Positions 1-13,270 of a stretch of 64,000 bases of DNA are shown in pieces. How positions within the stretch are numbered: position 1 is the first letter of the stretch; every line of letters starts with the position of its first letter. The notes beneath the pieces were generated by a model. The model was not told where the DNA came from, searched no databases, and saw only the letters and a program-made list of their open reading frames with translations. Both the position numbers and the translations under genes were made by a program. Origin of the DNA: Camelus dromedarius (taxonomy: Eukaryota); contig NC_087446.1 in NCBI RefSeq assembly GCF_036321535.1, forward strand, positions 1,242,001-1,306,000, given 5' to 3'.

Positions 1-1204
1 GACATCTAGCCGGGGTGGCAGAACCGGGCGGAGGAGAGGACCTGCCCGTCTGGTGTAGGAAGGGCTGTGTGTGAGTGTGAGAGGAAAGAAGTCACAGAAG
101 GAGGCCCTCCCTGACCCCTCTCCACCCGTCTGTAAGGGGTCAGCTCTCCTGGATCCCTGATCCTTCGGTGTCTGGTGAGCGAGGACCAGAAGCAGCCTGT
201 GAATCCCGCCGGGAGACTGAGGGGCAGGGCTGTGCATCTGGTGGAGTTAATTAGCTTCGGGCTCTGTCTGCTCTGCCCACGAGCCTGCTCAGCCAGCAGC
301 AAAGGCTCGTGAAGGAGGGTCAGGGTGCAGAGAGCTGACCCCACCAGAGCTCTCAGCCCTCCCAGGGCCCTGCCCTGCCCTCAGGCCATTAGCAAGGGGT
401 GGCTTCTCCCTGGCAGTCAAGCAGGGCACTGGGGGAGGGCACAGGGCATGGACGAAGGCCACCAGCCGATCCCCCAGAGGACGGAAAGTCCCCTTATGGT
501 TCATTCCAGGACTGTGTGTGCAGAAGCCCGGAGAGTGTGTGCACAGACTGGGAAGCTGCTTGGCTCGGCACAATTTAACAAGCGCTAATTAAGCATCTCT
601 CTGCAGACACCCCACTAATCACGGGGTTAAGAGGATGCTAAGACGCTGCCACCACCAGCGACCGCAATCTGTCACTGGCCCTTTGCCAATGTTAACGTTC
701 CTGTGCCACGGCTCTCCCTCAACCAGCCAGGCTCCTTGGAGGCTGCTGGGGGCGGCTGGGAGGTGTCTGGGGGCCAAGTGTCCACCGTGTCCTTTGCACC
801 TGGGTGGGGGTGGCAGCACTCTGCTTCCCCTGGTCAAGCCCCCTCCCCCCGCTGCCAGGGGAAGGGTGCCGAGAGCTCGCCTTCCTGCATCTGTGATGTC
901 ATCGGCACCATTATCTGGGGTCCGCGTCACCGCCCCGGTCCCCCAGCCCCGCAGCCCCTCCCGAGGTCCTCCACTGAGACCCCGCCCCACGAAGCCTCAG
1001 CCTGTGGGAAGGAAAAGCCGTGAAACCACAGGACTGAGGCCCCAGGACCCCCACCCGCCAGGGCGTTCACTGAGGATCTCCGAGCCCCCCGATGGTTTTA
1101 TGCAGAGGTCCTTTCCTCGCTCTGTGTCCCCGGATAGTGTTTCCTAAGCATCTGCTGATTTTCCACCGCGGTCTGACGCTTCCCCACCACTCGCGGTACT
1201 GGCT

Positions 1205-1575
1205 CATCAGGGTTTTCAACTGAGTAACTGATTAATTAATAATCCCAAATAATGGATGATATTACGGAATGTGAACGCATCTCCGAGGGAAACAGGGAAG
1301 GCAGCTCGCCGTCAGGGAAGAAAGGAGCGGCCTGAATGCATATTAATTTCGCAGTCTAATTGAGAGTCAGAGTTTCAGCCTGAATAAATATCGGGCGTTT
1401 GTTTAGGTCCCTGAGGTCTTTGAAAAAGTCAGTTATTGAAAAGCCTGCTTGGAAAGCGTTTAACCTCGGCGTAATTATCCCGGAGCTCACCGCCGTTTGA
1501 CTTCCATTAGTACAGGACGGGGGCCGCTCGCTTGCTGTCGTCAGTCCAGGTTAGGCGGGTTTGTTTTTCATAACT
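1205..1575. promoter_or_regulatory. AT-rich, homeodomain-motif-dense island (candidate conserved enhancer)
   Basis: Non-repeat AT-rich block in GC-rich DNA with TGATTAATTAATAATCCC, ATATTAATT, CTAATTG, GTAATTA and TGTTT (FOX-like) motifs; conservation inferred, not tested. Confidence 0.5.
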
Positions 1576-1904
1576 GTGTCCGAGCGATGTCAGTGTGGAC
1601 GAAAAGCAGTGCGACGTCGGCTGGGACCCCTCCTGCCTCAGACACGCGTTCCCCCGAGCCTGGTGCTCTGGGTCACTGGACACCCTTCCAACATCCTCTC
1701 ACTCAAAACAAAGCACTGACACAGAACTAAATAACCACACAGGCACACAAGCGAATCTGGGGGCGTCTGAACAAGACGGGCAGACGCGCCAGCATTCACG
1801 TCCTGGAGGTGACACAGGTCACAGTTCTGTTTGGTGTCACCATCGGGGGGACTGGGCACAGGCTACACGGGGTCTCTGTGGTGTTGCTTATGACAGTATG
1901 TCTT

Positions 1905-2395
1905 ATGTTTATACAGTGGAATACTACTCAGCCATAAAAAAGAATTAAGTAATGCCATTTGCAGCAAATGGATGGAACTGCCTGGAGATGGTCATCCTAA
2001 GTGGAGTGAGCCAGAGGAGAAAGGAAAACACCGTGTGAAATCACTTGTAGGTGGGATCCAAAAAAAAAAAAAAAAAAAGAAAGAAAGAGGACACTGATGA
2101 ATTCATCTACAAAACAGAAGCAGACTTGCAGACACAATAAGCGATCTTACGGTTACTGGGGGAAAGGGATAAATTTGGGAGTTTGAGATTTGCAAATGTT
2201 AACCACTATATATAAAAATAGATAAAAAAAGAAATTTCTTCTGTAGAGCACAGGGAACTATATTCAATATCTTGTAATAACCTTTAATGAAAAAGAATAT
2301 GAAAATGAACATATGCGCATATACACGATTAGAACAGGACGCTGTCCACCGGAAATGGACACATTGTAACTGACGAGGCTTCAGTTAAAAACAAC
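1905..2395 (+). mobile_element. 5'-truncated L1 (ORF2 end + 3'UTR), Cetartiodactyla/camelid type
   Basis: TACAGTGGAATACTACTCAGCCATAAAAAAGAA (translates YTVEYYSAIKKN, L1 ORF2 C-terminus), then GGGATAAATTTGGGAGTTTGAGATTTGC...AGCACAGGGAACTATATTCAATATCTTGTAATAACC 3'UTR. Confidence 0.9.
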
Positions 2396-2784
2396 AGTGT
2401 GCATGTCCACAATGATTTTAATGTAAAAATTTAATTTAGAATGTTGGTTCCCATAACCCTAATTGGAGTCCTAATGAACCCGCTGCATTGCAAATTTCCC
2501 TCCAAATCCTTCCAAATGTAATTTCTAAGGGTCCATTGAACTACAAAGTACTTAATATACGTAAATAAAACAAAATAGAAAGATTTGCACTGGGGTGTTT
2601 CAGTCTCCTGTTTCTGCTTGGTGTTGTACAGAAAGTATCCAAACGGAAGTCCCTGATTTTGAGATGATCCCGATGTCGCTACGATGTTGCTTATTAAACC
2701 CGCTTCTCATCCGCACGTGGTCTGTGTGCAAAAGCAATCCGTGAGTCTCTACCCAAGTTCAAGTCGGGATTCCCAGTCTCGCGC

Positions 2785-2993
2785 GTCGGGACGGGCGTTG
2801 GGACCACAGCTCGGCCGGAATCAGGCTCGGCCTGTCCTGTCAGTGAGTTTCCCGGGATCGCGGGCAAGCACACTTGTGTGCACGTGGCCGTGGGTGTCTG
2901 AGCTGCAATGGGGGCCTGAGAGTTGCTATGGAGACCACAAAACAGAAAATATTTGCTATCCGGCCCTTTACGGAGCATATTTGCTGACCCCTG
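2785..2993. mobile_element. MER58A-like hAT-Charlie MITE
   Basis: Ends ...AAAATATTTGCTATCCGGCCCTTTACGGAGCATATTTGCTGACCCCTG, matching the recalled MER58A terminus; left boundary approximate. Confidence 0.8.
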
Positions 2994-3329
2994 ACCCCTG
3001 CGTGAGTCGTCAGTGCCTCGCAGCCCTGTGGGAACAGGATTTTCTACGTCGCTGACCATTCGGGTTAGGTGGACTTTGGCACTGGCTGTGCGCCACGGAG
3101 TGTGGGTGAGGGGCTGGGCTCCCCTGCCCGCGGGAATCTCAGCATCTGCTGCCAAGCGGCACCTGGGCCGGCTGTGGAGCCCACCTCCCGAGGGCAGGGA
3201 CTCTGGGCTTCCCCTGGGAGGCCCGGTCTGGGCCACGGGCTTGGGGCGTGTGGGGGTCAGCACAGAAAGAAAGAAGAGGGGAGAGAAGGGAAATGAAACA
3301 AAGCAGCGCTTCCCGCTCAAATGTGGGTT

Positions 3330-6300
3330 CATCCTCAGATCCCAAAATACACAAAGAAAGCACAGAGCAAGGAAGAGAGCGAACAAAGAAGTCAGCTACC
3401 AGCACGTTAGAGGACTTCGGCCGGAAGCAGCTTTCAGAGCTACTGGTCAAACGTTTTCTGTAGCTATACTGAGGGTGTTCAAAGAGGTTAATGAATGCAG
3501 ACTTTTATTATTTAAAAGAATGAAAAAGTCATAGCTGGAAGTATTAGAAAAGGGACAGGACTTGATGCGGGGTAACTTGTAGACCAGACGCAGCCCCGCG
3601 GTGAGACGGCGAAGGCGGAGAGGGAGTCGGCGCTTCCCGCCACACGGCATCGTGCTCGGAGAGCCTGAGGTGCACGGACAGCAGTTAGGCTGCTCGGGGC
3701 CGAGCGCGCAGAGCCCAGGCTTCCTCCGACGGGACGCCGAGGAGGAGTCGCGGGGAAGCAGTATTTGCGGGAAGAATGACCGAACACTTTACAAGACTGA
3801 AGACAGACGTGAATGGTCGGACAGAGAGTGTGCTCCCAGGGAGTGTGAGGACACGTGAACTCCCTCCCACCACCACCCCCAGGAAGGCGCAGCTTCAGAA
3901 CATCAAGGTGAGAGGACAGCATTAAGAGCTGCCGGAGGATAAAAGGGTGATGGTGCCTGAGGGACGGGCGAGAGACTGACGGAGGCGCTCCCTGCACATC
4001 GGGACGGCAGAGGAGAGAGGGTGGCGTCTTCAAGGAGTCGGAGGCAGTAACTGTCACCCTAAGGTTAACAGCCGCCCCCAAGTCGTAATTTTTGCACGAG
4101 GCAAGATCAGCTCAGTGTTGCTCATTCAAGACTAATTTAGCACCTAACAACTTCGTTTAAAAACCAACAAAAAGATGCTCTTCAGTGGGGACGGAAGTGG
4201 GCGCAGAAGGAAAACAGCGTAGCATAAGGAAAAATCAAGGAAATACAAGAAGACAGGAATCAGAAAATACAAAATAAGAGGGTGGAAATGAGCAGACATA
4301 GGTCAGCTCACCATGAAGCTGGTCAAGTTCAGCTCGACTGTGCAGAGACAGACATCACATGGTTGGATGTTTAAAGCCTTTACAGGAAGCATGAGATAAA
4401 CAAACTACACAAAGTTTAAAAATAAAGGGATGGAAAAGATGTAAATATTCAGGTAGTATTAATGTCAGACAAGTCCAAATTTAGGACATACAGCAATAGG
4501 GCTAATGGGGGCACTTTAGATAATAAAATGGTGTGTAATATAGGAAGGTGTAAGTATTGTAAACTCATATTCAGTTAATAAAAGCTTCAAAATGTATACA
4601 GAAGCCTAAAGAATTATAAGAAGAAGTAAGTGTATTCACTGTGACAAAAGGTGCGTTTAACACACACTAATTTTTTTAGGACAAATGAAAGATAATTGTG
4701 CCTCTGAAGGTCTCGATAACAAAATCCGCACACCCGACCAAGTCGACATACATAGAAGACCATACCCACAGAACTGTGTTTATACACGTTGCACATATAC
4801 ATGTATAATTAATACACTCACGGTGTGTATGAAACTTCTATAAAATTAACCCTGCAATTAACACCAGTGAGATCTCAGTATTTTAATTAACATCATTTTT
4901 CTCTGCTCACTAGGCAATAAATAGAACATAAGTATAGAAAAACATAATCTGGAAACTTAAAAATGTGCTTCTGAGTGATGCAGGTGTGATGGAAAAGCAG
5001 TCTCATTGTAACTGAGAGACGGGGAGTGTTCGCCATGTAAACATTCATGGGTCCAGGTTAGCAAAACTGAGAGGCGATCTACAGCCTTCTGCAGACTTAC
5101 TGATGAAAACAAATAAATGTTCAACTGTGGCATACAGCCAGATGGAAAGAGGTCTGAAGAAAAATAAAAGGAAAGGTACAGACAAGAGCATGAATTAACA
5201 CAATACCTTCTAAAGAAAAAATAATGAGGTTCTACAAATGCAGTGTTTTTAATTTAAGGGAAAAAACCTTGTTAATATGATTGATAAGAAAAGAAGAAGT
5301 AACATTCATTAATAAGAAAAGGTGAATATAACTTGAAAAGACAAATGATATTTAAAGCTCAAAGAAAATACTGTGAATGACTTTAGAGTAATAATTTGTT
5401 CAGCTCAGAATCAGAAAATAAATCAAGGGCAGAGCAGAACAATCGTGCACTCCTCTCAAGACCTGCAGGTAAATTATGTGACAAAATTCATCCATTCTCA
5501 CATGATAGCTCTTAGCAAAGTTGGGAGCAATCAACACATGAATGCCACCTTTAAAGGTGAGAGCACAGAGGCACTTCCATTTCTGTTAAGAAAAGCCCAA
5601 GGCTGCGTGCTGGGAGCTCTTGAAGTTAACATGTCACTGGAGGGAGCGAGGTCTCAGCTAAAGCAGTAAGACAAGAAAAAGAAATATAAAAGTTATAAGA
5701 CCTGAAAAGAAAGCATTGAATTTACCAGATAATGGATAACAGATAATTCCAGGGAATGTACAGGAAAATATTAGAAGTAAAAATGAATCCAAAAGAAATT
5801 GCTGGATGCAAACTCAGTGCACAAATGAAACACAATTCCCCTATATTATTACTAACAAAGTCCGAACTGTAAGAGAAAAAAAATTAGATGTTTGCAATAC
5901 CTTCACCAAAGTGAGTAGAGCTCATGCTGGCTGGTGTCTGGTGGAGGGACGTTGCAGGGGGTCCATTCTTTGGAAGTTACCTCCGTGTTTCCACACACTT
6001 CCCTTCATCCTTTCCCAAATTTTAAATCCTAGCCATCTTGCACTTAAACGACTCCTAAATATGAAGAAACGGAATAAGATTGTTAGGGAAGAATAAAGCT
6101 AATTATCGCAATGCTTTGAAACGCGCGCCTGGGAAGGACCAGGCAACGTGCTGCCTCTTGTCTCTCTTGCTCATTAGGCAACTGTAGCCGCGACGGTGGC
6201 GTGCCCAGGCCCAGGGACAGCCCGACGCAAGTGCGCACGGCCTTGGGGGAAATAATGACAGAATGTACGACGGACATAAAAGAGGATCTGAAGAAATGGA

Positions 6301-6480
6301 GGCAGAAACACTGCCTGCAGATTAGAAATCTCGATATTCTAAAGCTATAAAATTGAAACATCATTTCCAGGGTGCTTTTCGTGGAACTTGACAATCTTAC
6401 TCCAAAGTCCACGTGATCAGAGTAAAAAGTACGAGCGGAGAGGCTCATGTTGAGGACGGAGAGACGGAGGGACTTCTCCC
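3330..6480 (+). mobile_element. Ancient degenerate L1 (L1M/L1ME-type): ORF1 remnant + ORF2 endonuclease/RT fragments
   Basis: A-rich + strand; AAATAAAGGGATGGAAAAGAT...GTATTAATGTCAGACAA (EN region, 4420-4475); ATAAAAGAGGATCTGAAGAAATGGAGG...GTGGAACTTGACAATCT (ORF2, 6275-6400); interrupted near 5911-6195. Confidence 0.7.
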
Positions 6481-7199
6481 AGCTGCCCCACCCCGACGCC
6501 CGCCCGCCCGCCCGCCCGCAGAGAACCAGCAACCCGGGCCGCCCGGGGGTGCTCTGCCGGGCGTGAAGGAGGGAGGGCGGAGCAGGCAGTGGCTCAGTCT
6601 AGACCCTTTCCACGCGGCTTAGTCTCGATGTGGGTGCAGAGGAGTCCTCAGGCCTCTGAAGTGCTCCCTTCTTTCAGTGGCACTTCCACAGAGACTCTGG
6701 CCGCCCAGGGCCGCCGACCTCCGCACCCTCGCCCGCCAGCGCCGCACTCCGCCCCCGCGCCGCGCCGCCCGGCCTCTCAGCTCTGGGAGCCGCCGTGGTC
6801 CTCAGGCCCCGCACGGCGTGACGCCTGCCTCACGCCCTGGGCACCCCGAGCTCCGCTCTCCCTTGGAGACGCAGGACATCTTCCCTGCCTCACAGGGCAT
6901 CCTCGGCCTGCTCCCCATGGAGGGCTTCCCAGAGGAGGTCAGCTTGGAGGAGATGCTCAGGAGCAAGCAAGCCACCCGTCACGTCACTCATGAAGAAACG
7001 AAGGGCTTTTGTTCAGCCTTTGAGAAAATTAACACCGACACTTACTGCACCTAACTAAATGTTCCTGAAATCTCCATGGCAACACTGATGGCTCCACGTG
7101 CCCTTCCAGAATCTTGCCACCTCCCAGCAGGGGGATGGGCTCCCTTCACCCGCCCCCTTGAGCCTGCGGACAAGAGAGGGTTTGTGATGGTCAATGAAC

Positions 7200-7505
7200 A
7201 GAAAGCAGCAGAAGGGACGCGGTGGCTTCCGAGGCAGTCGGTGCCCACCTGACTCTCTGTCCGTGGCTGGCACTTAGGGTCAGGGGTCACAGGCATGGAT
7301 GGCCAGCAGCCAGGGCTCTGCCGAGGGGCAGCACCACCTCCAGACTGAGCGACCAGCTCCTGCCCCGGGAGCCGCCCAGGGAAGATGCCAAGAGCAGACG
7401 CAGGCCGTCACATGGTGCTCAGCCGGACCTCGGAGTCCTGAGAGAAACCAACGTTTTCACCAAGCCGGCTACTTCAGGGCTGAGTTTCAGCCTGACTCAC
7501 AGCAG
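7200..7505 (+). mobile_element. Possible old MLT1-type MaLR LTR fragment
   Basis: CAGCCGGACCTCGGAGTCCTGAGAGAAACCAACGTTTTCACCAAGCCGGCTACTTCAGGGCTGAGTTT resembles an MLT1 3' end. Confidence 0.35.
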
Positions 7506-8432
7506 CACTTCTGGTCACTGTGATTTGGAAGGTCCTGTCGTGCCGCAGTGTGGCTGTGGCGCCCGAAGGGGGTGCTGGTCTCTCCACCTGAGCGCCCGGC
7601 GGTGGTGTTGGGTGGGGGTGGGGGTGGGGGCAGCAACAAAGGAAAGATCCAAAGGCCCCGGGTCTTGCCCCTGGAGGCCGATGGCCCCCTGGGGGGCTGC
7701 GGGTGAGGGTCCAGCCTTGGACGAAGCAGCCCCGGCCACCGTTGGTCCTCCCACGGCGCAGACAGCCCGCAGCCACGCACGTGCACAAGGTGGGGGCTGC
7801 ACGCGGGACATCAGCGCGGAGAGCACGTGGCCCCGGAGGGTGGCCCTGCCGCGGCTGGTGGGCTTCGGGCAGCTCCAGGGAAGATTAGACGCGGCCCCGG
7901 GAGCTCAGCGAGGGGGCTCTCACGGGCGGTGCGGGCAGCCCAGACCCCCAGGACCCTCCTCCTGTGTGCGCCGCACCTCCTGCTGCTGCCCCGGGGGCTC
8001 AGCCCAGGTCAGGCGACACGGCATGAGCGGCTTTACGACACACAGCACAGAGCCCCGCGGGCAAGGACAGGCGAGGCCCGCAGGTGCCTGTGGCTCTTCT
8101 TCGAGGCCCAGGAGAGGTTTGCTGACGAACTGCAGGACCCGAGCCCCAGAGCCGGGGCCGGGGTGGACAGCAGCCGGGCCAGACCCGGGGGGAGAACTCC
8201 GTGCACGGGGGCCAGGGCTGGGGCTTGCAGGGGCGGGGGAAGGCCGGGCCCCCTTCAGGAAAGACGGAGGAGCTGTGACGCTGGGGGAGGGGCAGGGGGA
8301 GGGATGGGACCAGAGCGGGGAGCGGGTGGGGGAAGTGGGCAGCGGGCTTCGTTGGTCGCTGGGAACTCTGACTTAGAGACTCCAGCGGAGGGACCCGCTC
8401 TGTTGTCTCGTCAGTGCCCTCAGGGTGCCCAG

Positions 8433-8980
8433 TGTTTCAGGATTTGTAACCCAGATTTGTTTGAACCTGGATTGACAGGGTTTGGGGACGGACACGGGAA
8501 CGCTGTCTTGAAGCAAGAGCTTAGTTCTCACAGATGCCAGGAGAAGCAGGCCCAGTGGCCACGTCCCTCGTGGCCACGTGAGCGGGCACGGGCGTGGGTC
8601 AGGAGCAGAAGGAGCGAAGGGGCGGCCCAGAGCCTTCTCCGCGGTCCTGCAGGGAGGGGCGGGCGAGGGGGCGGGCACGTCTGAGCAAGCAAAGGACTGG
8701 ACGCTGGAAGCGTGTTGGTGGCTCTGGCTGTCGGGCGGTCCCTTGCCGTCCCATACCTGGCTCCGGGAGGATGCGGGCAGGCATGCTGGAGGGGTGTGCG
8801 AGGGGAAGGAGCAGGTGGGCTCAGGGCTCTGGGTTGGCCGTCCGCACACGAGGGCACATGTGCAGGGAGTCACTCCCCGTCTCTAGGGATGAGGGGCCCC
8901 GGGAGGGGCAGTCTCTCCCTTGTCATCCCCAAGATGTCAAAGTATCACAAAACATAGAAAATAAAACGCATGGTTAACCC
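8433..8980 (-). mobile_element. MER68/MER77/MER21C-type LTR
   Basis: GGGAGGGGCAGTCTCTCCC...AAGATGTCAAAGTATCACAAAACATAGAAAATAAAACGCATGGTTAACCCA terminus; homologous to the copy at ~27455-27950. Confidence 0.6.
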
Positions 8981-10567
8981 ATCCGCTGAGCCTGGACTGA
9001 GTCAGGGAGGGGGCGCAGACAAGAGCGGCCGGGGCGGGAGTGAAGACACCGAGCCGGACCCAGCTGGGGGGGGGGGCGGCTCAGGTGGTAACAGCAGAGG
9101 GGGGTGAACACAGGGCGTGGGATGCGGAGAGGGGCTGCTCAGTGCCCCTGGACGTCCGGGAGCCGCCGGCAGCCTCTGGATCCGGTTCAGAGGAGGGGAG
9201 CGTCTCCCGGCTGACTTTAACCAGGCGTGCGTCCGCCCTGCCCTGATGACGGTGGCTGAGCGCTGCGCCCGGCCTTCCCCATGTCCGTAGCTGGGCCTCC
9301 CGTGGGAACAAAAGCTACTTCTGCTCCATGCCCAGCTCCCAGACGCCTGCGCGAATTCCTGCCTCTTCTCGCCCCAGTGTCTGGGGTTGTAGACCCTGCC
9401 CTGCTATTTGGGGCTGGAACGGTTTTCTGTGATGGTATGACCATATCACGCTACAATCCATCCTTCAGAGCCAACTGATTAACAAGCCGAGCCAGTCTCA
9501 GGAATAAAATCATGAGAAGAAAATTAAGTCCGAGAATTTCCCTGAAGAGCTGCGGTTCCCCGACACGTGGGCCTGGAGCTCTCCGGAGCCGGGAACGTTA
9601 GCTCTGCACTCGGGAAACCTACGCCAATTAGCCAGATAAGGCCCATGCCCAGAGCCGACTTCACTGCGCAGGCCCACGGGCCCCAGACACCGCACACTCG
9701 CCCGGGGGACGCAGAGCGCAGTGGACGGCCGCTGGAAATCGGACACTGAGCTTGGGCAAAGCATGTTTATGCACTTGGGAAAGGTGTTTTGTCCGGTAAG
9801 GCCCCCCTCTTCCCCGCAGCACGAGGTGGGGGGGGGAACGCGAGCCCTAACTCCGCGGATCCCCGGTGGGTGAGGTCGTTGCCCCGGATGCTGGGGGACC
9901 AGGCCATCCAGCCGGACGTCGCGGCCCCCAGCTCCAGGCGCAGGGGCCCTTGTTCTGATCCTGTCCTCACCCCACATTGGTGAGGGAGGGAGGGGCCCGC
10001 CCCAGGGCCATGGAACGGCCGAACACACCGCTGGACACCACGGCGTCAGCGTCTCCACAGCCCCAGAGCGCCGTGTTCCTCCTGTCCCTGTCCCTCAGCG
10101 CAGCAGCCCCGCCCAGCACCGAGGCCACGGGATGGATTCCGTCCAGGAACACAGCGCACTTTCCACTTCACTGCTCTGTGTGAACTTGGGGACTTTCCAG
10201 GGTCTTCCCGTTGTGAATGAAGCCACTGGGGACACTTCTGATCCGGCTGCTGCGTGGGGACAGGCGCCCCCGACGCTCCTGAGTGAACCCCGGGGGCGGG
10301 GGGCAGGCTCTGTCCACCTTCACTGGGAGCGGCCACACCGCTGAGGCTTCAGGCCACACCAGTTTGCCAGTGTCTGGAATGTCCTTCCTTCTTGTTTTTA
10401 TGGTTGCAGTTGGCGCCTGGTGTTTCCTCCTGGAGTGTTAGTGGGCGGCCCTCTGGTGACTGAAGACCGGGAGCGTCTTTCCTCGGGCTCAGGTCCAGCT
10501 GTGTGTCCTGCGTGAGGTCAGTGTGCGCTTTCAAAAGCTTTATACTTCACGAAATTAAGAGGCGACT

Positions 10568-10938
10568 TTGTTAGTTTCCTGTGGTTGCCAAGCAAAGCGC
10601 CCTAGGCTGGGTGTCTCAAATGACAGAAATCTGTTTCCCACCGTCTGGACCTGGAGGTCTGAGACCAAGGTGTCAGCAGGGCTGGGCCCTTGAGGGAGCA
10701 TCTGCCCCAGCCCGGTGGAGCCGGCCTCTCCCCGTGTCTTCACACGGTCCTCCCTGCGTGTGGCCCTGTCCCGATCTCCTCTTAGAGGGACACCAGCCGT
10801 GGAGGAGCAGGGCCACCCCTGTGACCTCAGTCCGCCTGGCCCAGCGCTCTAAAGGCCCCTCCACACACGGCCACATCCTGAGATCCTGGAGGTTGGGACG
10901 TCAGCATCTGCCTCTGAGGGACCCAGCTCAGCCCGTAA
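10568..10938 (-). mobile_element. MLT1A-type MaLR solo LTR
   Basis: TTAGTTTCCTGTGGTTGCC...ACAGAAATCTGTTTCCCACCGTCTGGACCTGGAGGTCTGAGACCAAGGTGTCAGCAGGG...CACATCCTGAGATCCTGGAGGTTGGGACGTCAGCAT. Confidence 0.8.
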
Positions 10939-11509
10939 ATGACTGTGCTCAAAATCCTGGCTGGGGGGTCTGCTGTCCCCAGACACAGTCATGCGTGGGG
11001 CTGTATGATCGGTCTCGGCGTGCCCGGCGCAGACGCGCCCCCACCTGCCCTCTGCAGACGGGCACGTGTGGGTGCCGTGCCGAGCGCCCCCCCGTCACTG
11101 ACATCTGTGCCCCGTGCGTGCCAGAGGCAAGCAAGTCACCTCTTGTGAAGGTGAGCACTTGGGGACCAGAGTGGAGGCACCATCTGGGAAGCCCGATGTG
11201 GGTGGGAGTGAGGGTTTTGGCTGCCGTAACAGCTCACGCCTGCCAGGGGACTGGACCAGCTCGGAGGAGAATCTAATCAGTGAGCCGTCTGCCAGCCGAC
11301 TGCGCCGCCTCCCTGCAGGCTGCGGGGCCCCAGGCCTGAGCGATGACCGGCCCCATCCTGCCCTTGTGGGGCGCTGGCACAGCGCGGGGGACAGTCACCC
11401 TGACCCCGGAAGACGGGGAGAGGTGATGGTGGGAGGAGGCGGGCGGGACGGGCCTCCTCCCCGGCCTGCAGACCCTTCCGCTGACGTGTTGCAGGGCAAA
11501 GACCCAGCC

Positions 11510-11742
11510 TTGATTTTCAATAATACAATTAGCAACTCCACCTCTGAAACCTGGTAATTGTGACCCGTCTCATCTCTAAGTGTAATTATGTTAAACTCCA
11601 ATTTTCCCTCAAATATGCATTCTAATTCAATTTTCCTTTTTTCTCTTCTTAACTAAATCTATTATCATTCCCTCAGTTAAATTATGCTCATTTAATCTTT
11701 GATGAGACCTTTCACTGGCAATCAGCTGTTTTAAATTAATGC
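11510..11742. promoter_or_regulatory. AT-rich TAAT-dense island (candidate conserved enhancer)
   Basis: Many TAAT/ATTA cores (CAATTAG, GTAATTG, GTAATTA, CTAATTC, AAATTAATG) in non-repeat DNA flanked by GC-rich sequence. Confidence 0.5.
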
Positions 11743-12934
11743 CCCCAAGCCTCGGGGAGGCTGGGACTCGGTCCCCGAGGACGCCAGGGGTGGGGAGGAT
11801 GGGGCCGACGGGCTCCTGGGTCCCCCTGGCCGAGCGGCAGCGCCCACAGCCCCGCTGGCAGCCGCCCCAGCAGGCCAGCGGCCCCAGGGACATCACAAGC
11901 CCCTCACCGCCAGGGAACGTGCTTGACCTCAGAGGGCCGACAGCTCGGCGCCATCCCACAGACAGACCCTCCTCAAGGCAACAATCACGGCAAACACCGG
12001 TGTCGACCTCAGTGATTTTCACTATGTTAAGTGTAAATCCCATAGGTTTCCAGCTTTTTTTGCAACCATGAAACCAAACTAATGAACGAATTAAATGGAA
12101 AAATAGTCAACAAAACAGGAGCTGAATGCAAGCCCTGGGTCTGGAGGCAGACCGCGCTCGGGCGCTGCGGTCCTGCCGGCGGGGGGCTGGCTTTGGCTCC
12201 ACCTGACCCGGGGGTGAAGCTGGGCGGGGTCCTCCCCATTCCCTCTGTGCTCCCAGCAGGCCAGACTGCAGGCATCTGGCCCCATCACCTCCTGACAGGT
12301 GTGGGAGCGGCAGCCGGTGCAGCTGCCCCACTGGTCCGCATGGAACCACAGGGCAGGTGAGGAAGCAGCCAGACACTGGGCCGTCAGAGGAAGGAGGAGA
12401 AGGTAAAGCGAGACCCTCAGCCCCAGCCCCCCTGCCAGGTGAGCTGACGGAGGGCAGGGCACAGATGAGCTTGGGCGCGCCCCCTGCCAGCTCCGGGACG
12501 TGGGCGATCCCGGGTCCTGTCCCCTCACCTGGGAGGGACTGGCCGCGGGTCCTGGGAACCTCCCAGCGCCCTGTGCGTCCGAGGCGGACGGCCTCCAGAC
12601 TGGTCCACTCAGTTCCCAGCAGCTTGAGCTCAGCCTGCGGCCCGAAGGCCCAGGTTCCCAGCTCCCTCCATAGCAGTGATGTCTCACCTGTTTCTCACCT
12701 GTCTGTCCTTCCACACCTGTATCGTACACGTGTCCACAGAGTGTCCGACAGGTGACTGGATGGGATGGCCCGGTGCAGGTGAGGACAGCACAGTGTGGCA
12801 CCGAGCAGGAGAGGCTGGGCTACGTGCAGCCTCTGTGAGCACTACCGTCACCACCTGCCCTCCCCGCAGGTGCATCTGGGCAGCTGGTCATCAGCATCTT
12901 CATATCCCAGGAGGTGAGGATGCCCGCCCCGGCT

Positions 12935-13270
12935 AAACACTAGGAGCCTGTTATCACGCTCGGGCCTCGAGGGCCAGGGTCGACATCCCAGAGGGAAATC
13001 CGAGGGCTGCCCAGTGAGGGAAGAGTGGATGCTGCAGTCTTGAGGTGGAGTTCCTTCTTCCCAGGAGATTCCACGGTTTCCTCTTATGGCCATCAACTGA
13101 TTGGACGAGGCCCACCCACACAGTGGAGGGCCGTCTCCTGTACTGGGTGTCGACGGACTGTCAGTGCCAACCACGTCTACAGAATTCCTCACAAACCACC
13201 TGGACCAGAGTTTCGTTAACTTCATGGTACTGGGACCCGTCCAAGCTGACACGTGAAAGCAACCATCACA
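12935..13270 (-). mobile_element. MLT2-type LTR (3' LTR of an ERVL remnant)
   Basis: CAACTGATTGGACGAGGCCCACCCACAC...CCAAGCTGACACGTGAAAGCAACCATCACA, directly abutting ERVL internal sequence. Confidence 0.85.

Noticed and set aside
6480..6870. CpG-island promoter
   Set aside because: CpG density is high across the window, including inside dead repeats (gBGC); no downstream exon identifiable
7222..8684. Long overlapping ORFs (384 aa, 285 aa)
   Set aside because: Pro/Gly/Arg/Ala-rich, no recognisable domain, open in several frames; expected from stop-codon scarcity at high GC
9064..9100. GGGGGGGCGGCTCAGGTGGTAAC as a second SINE/tRNA head
   Set aside because: Only an A-box-like start; no B box, body or tail follows
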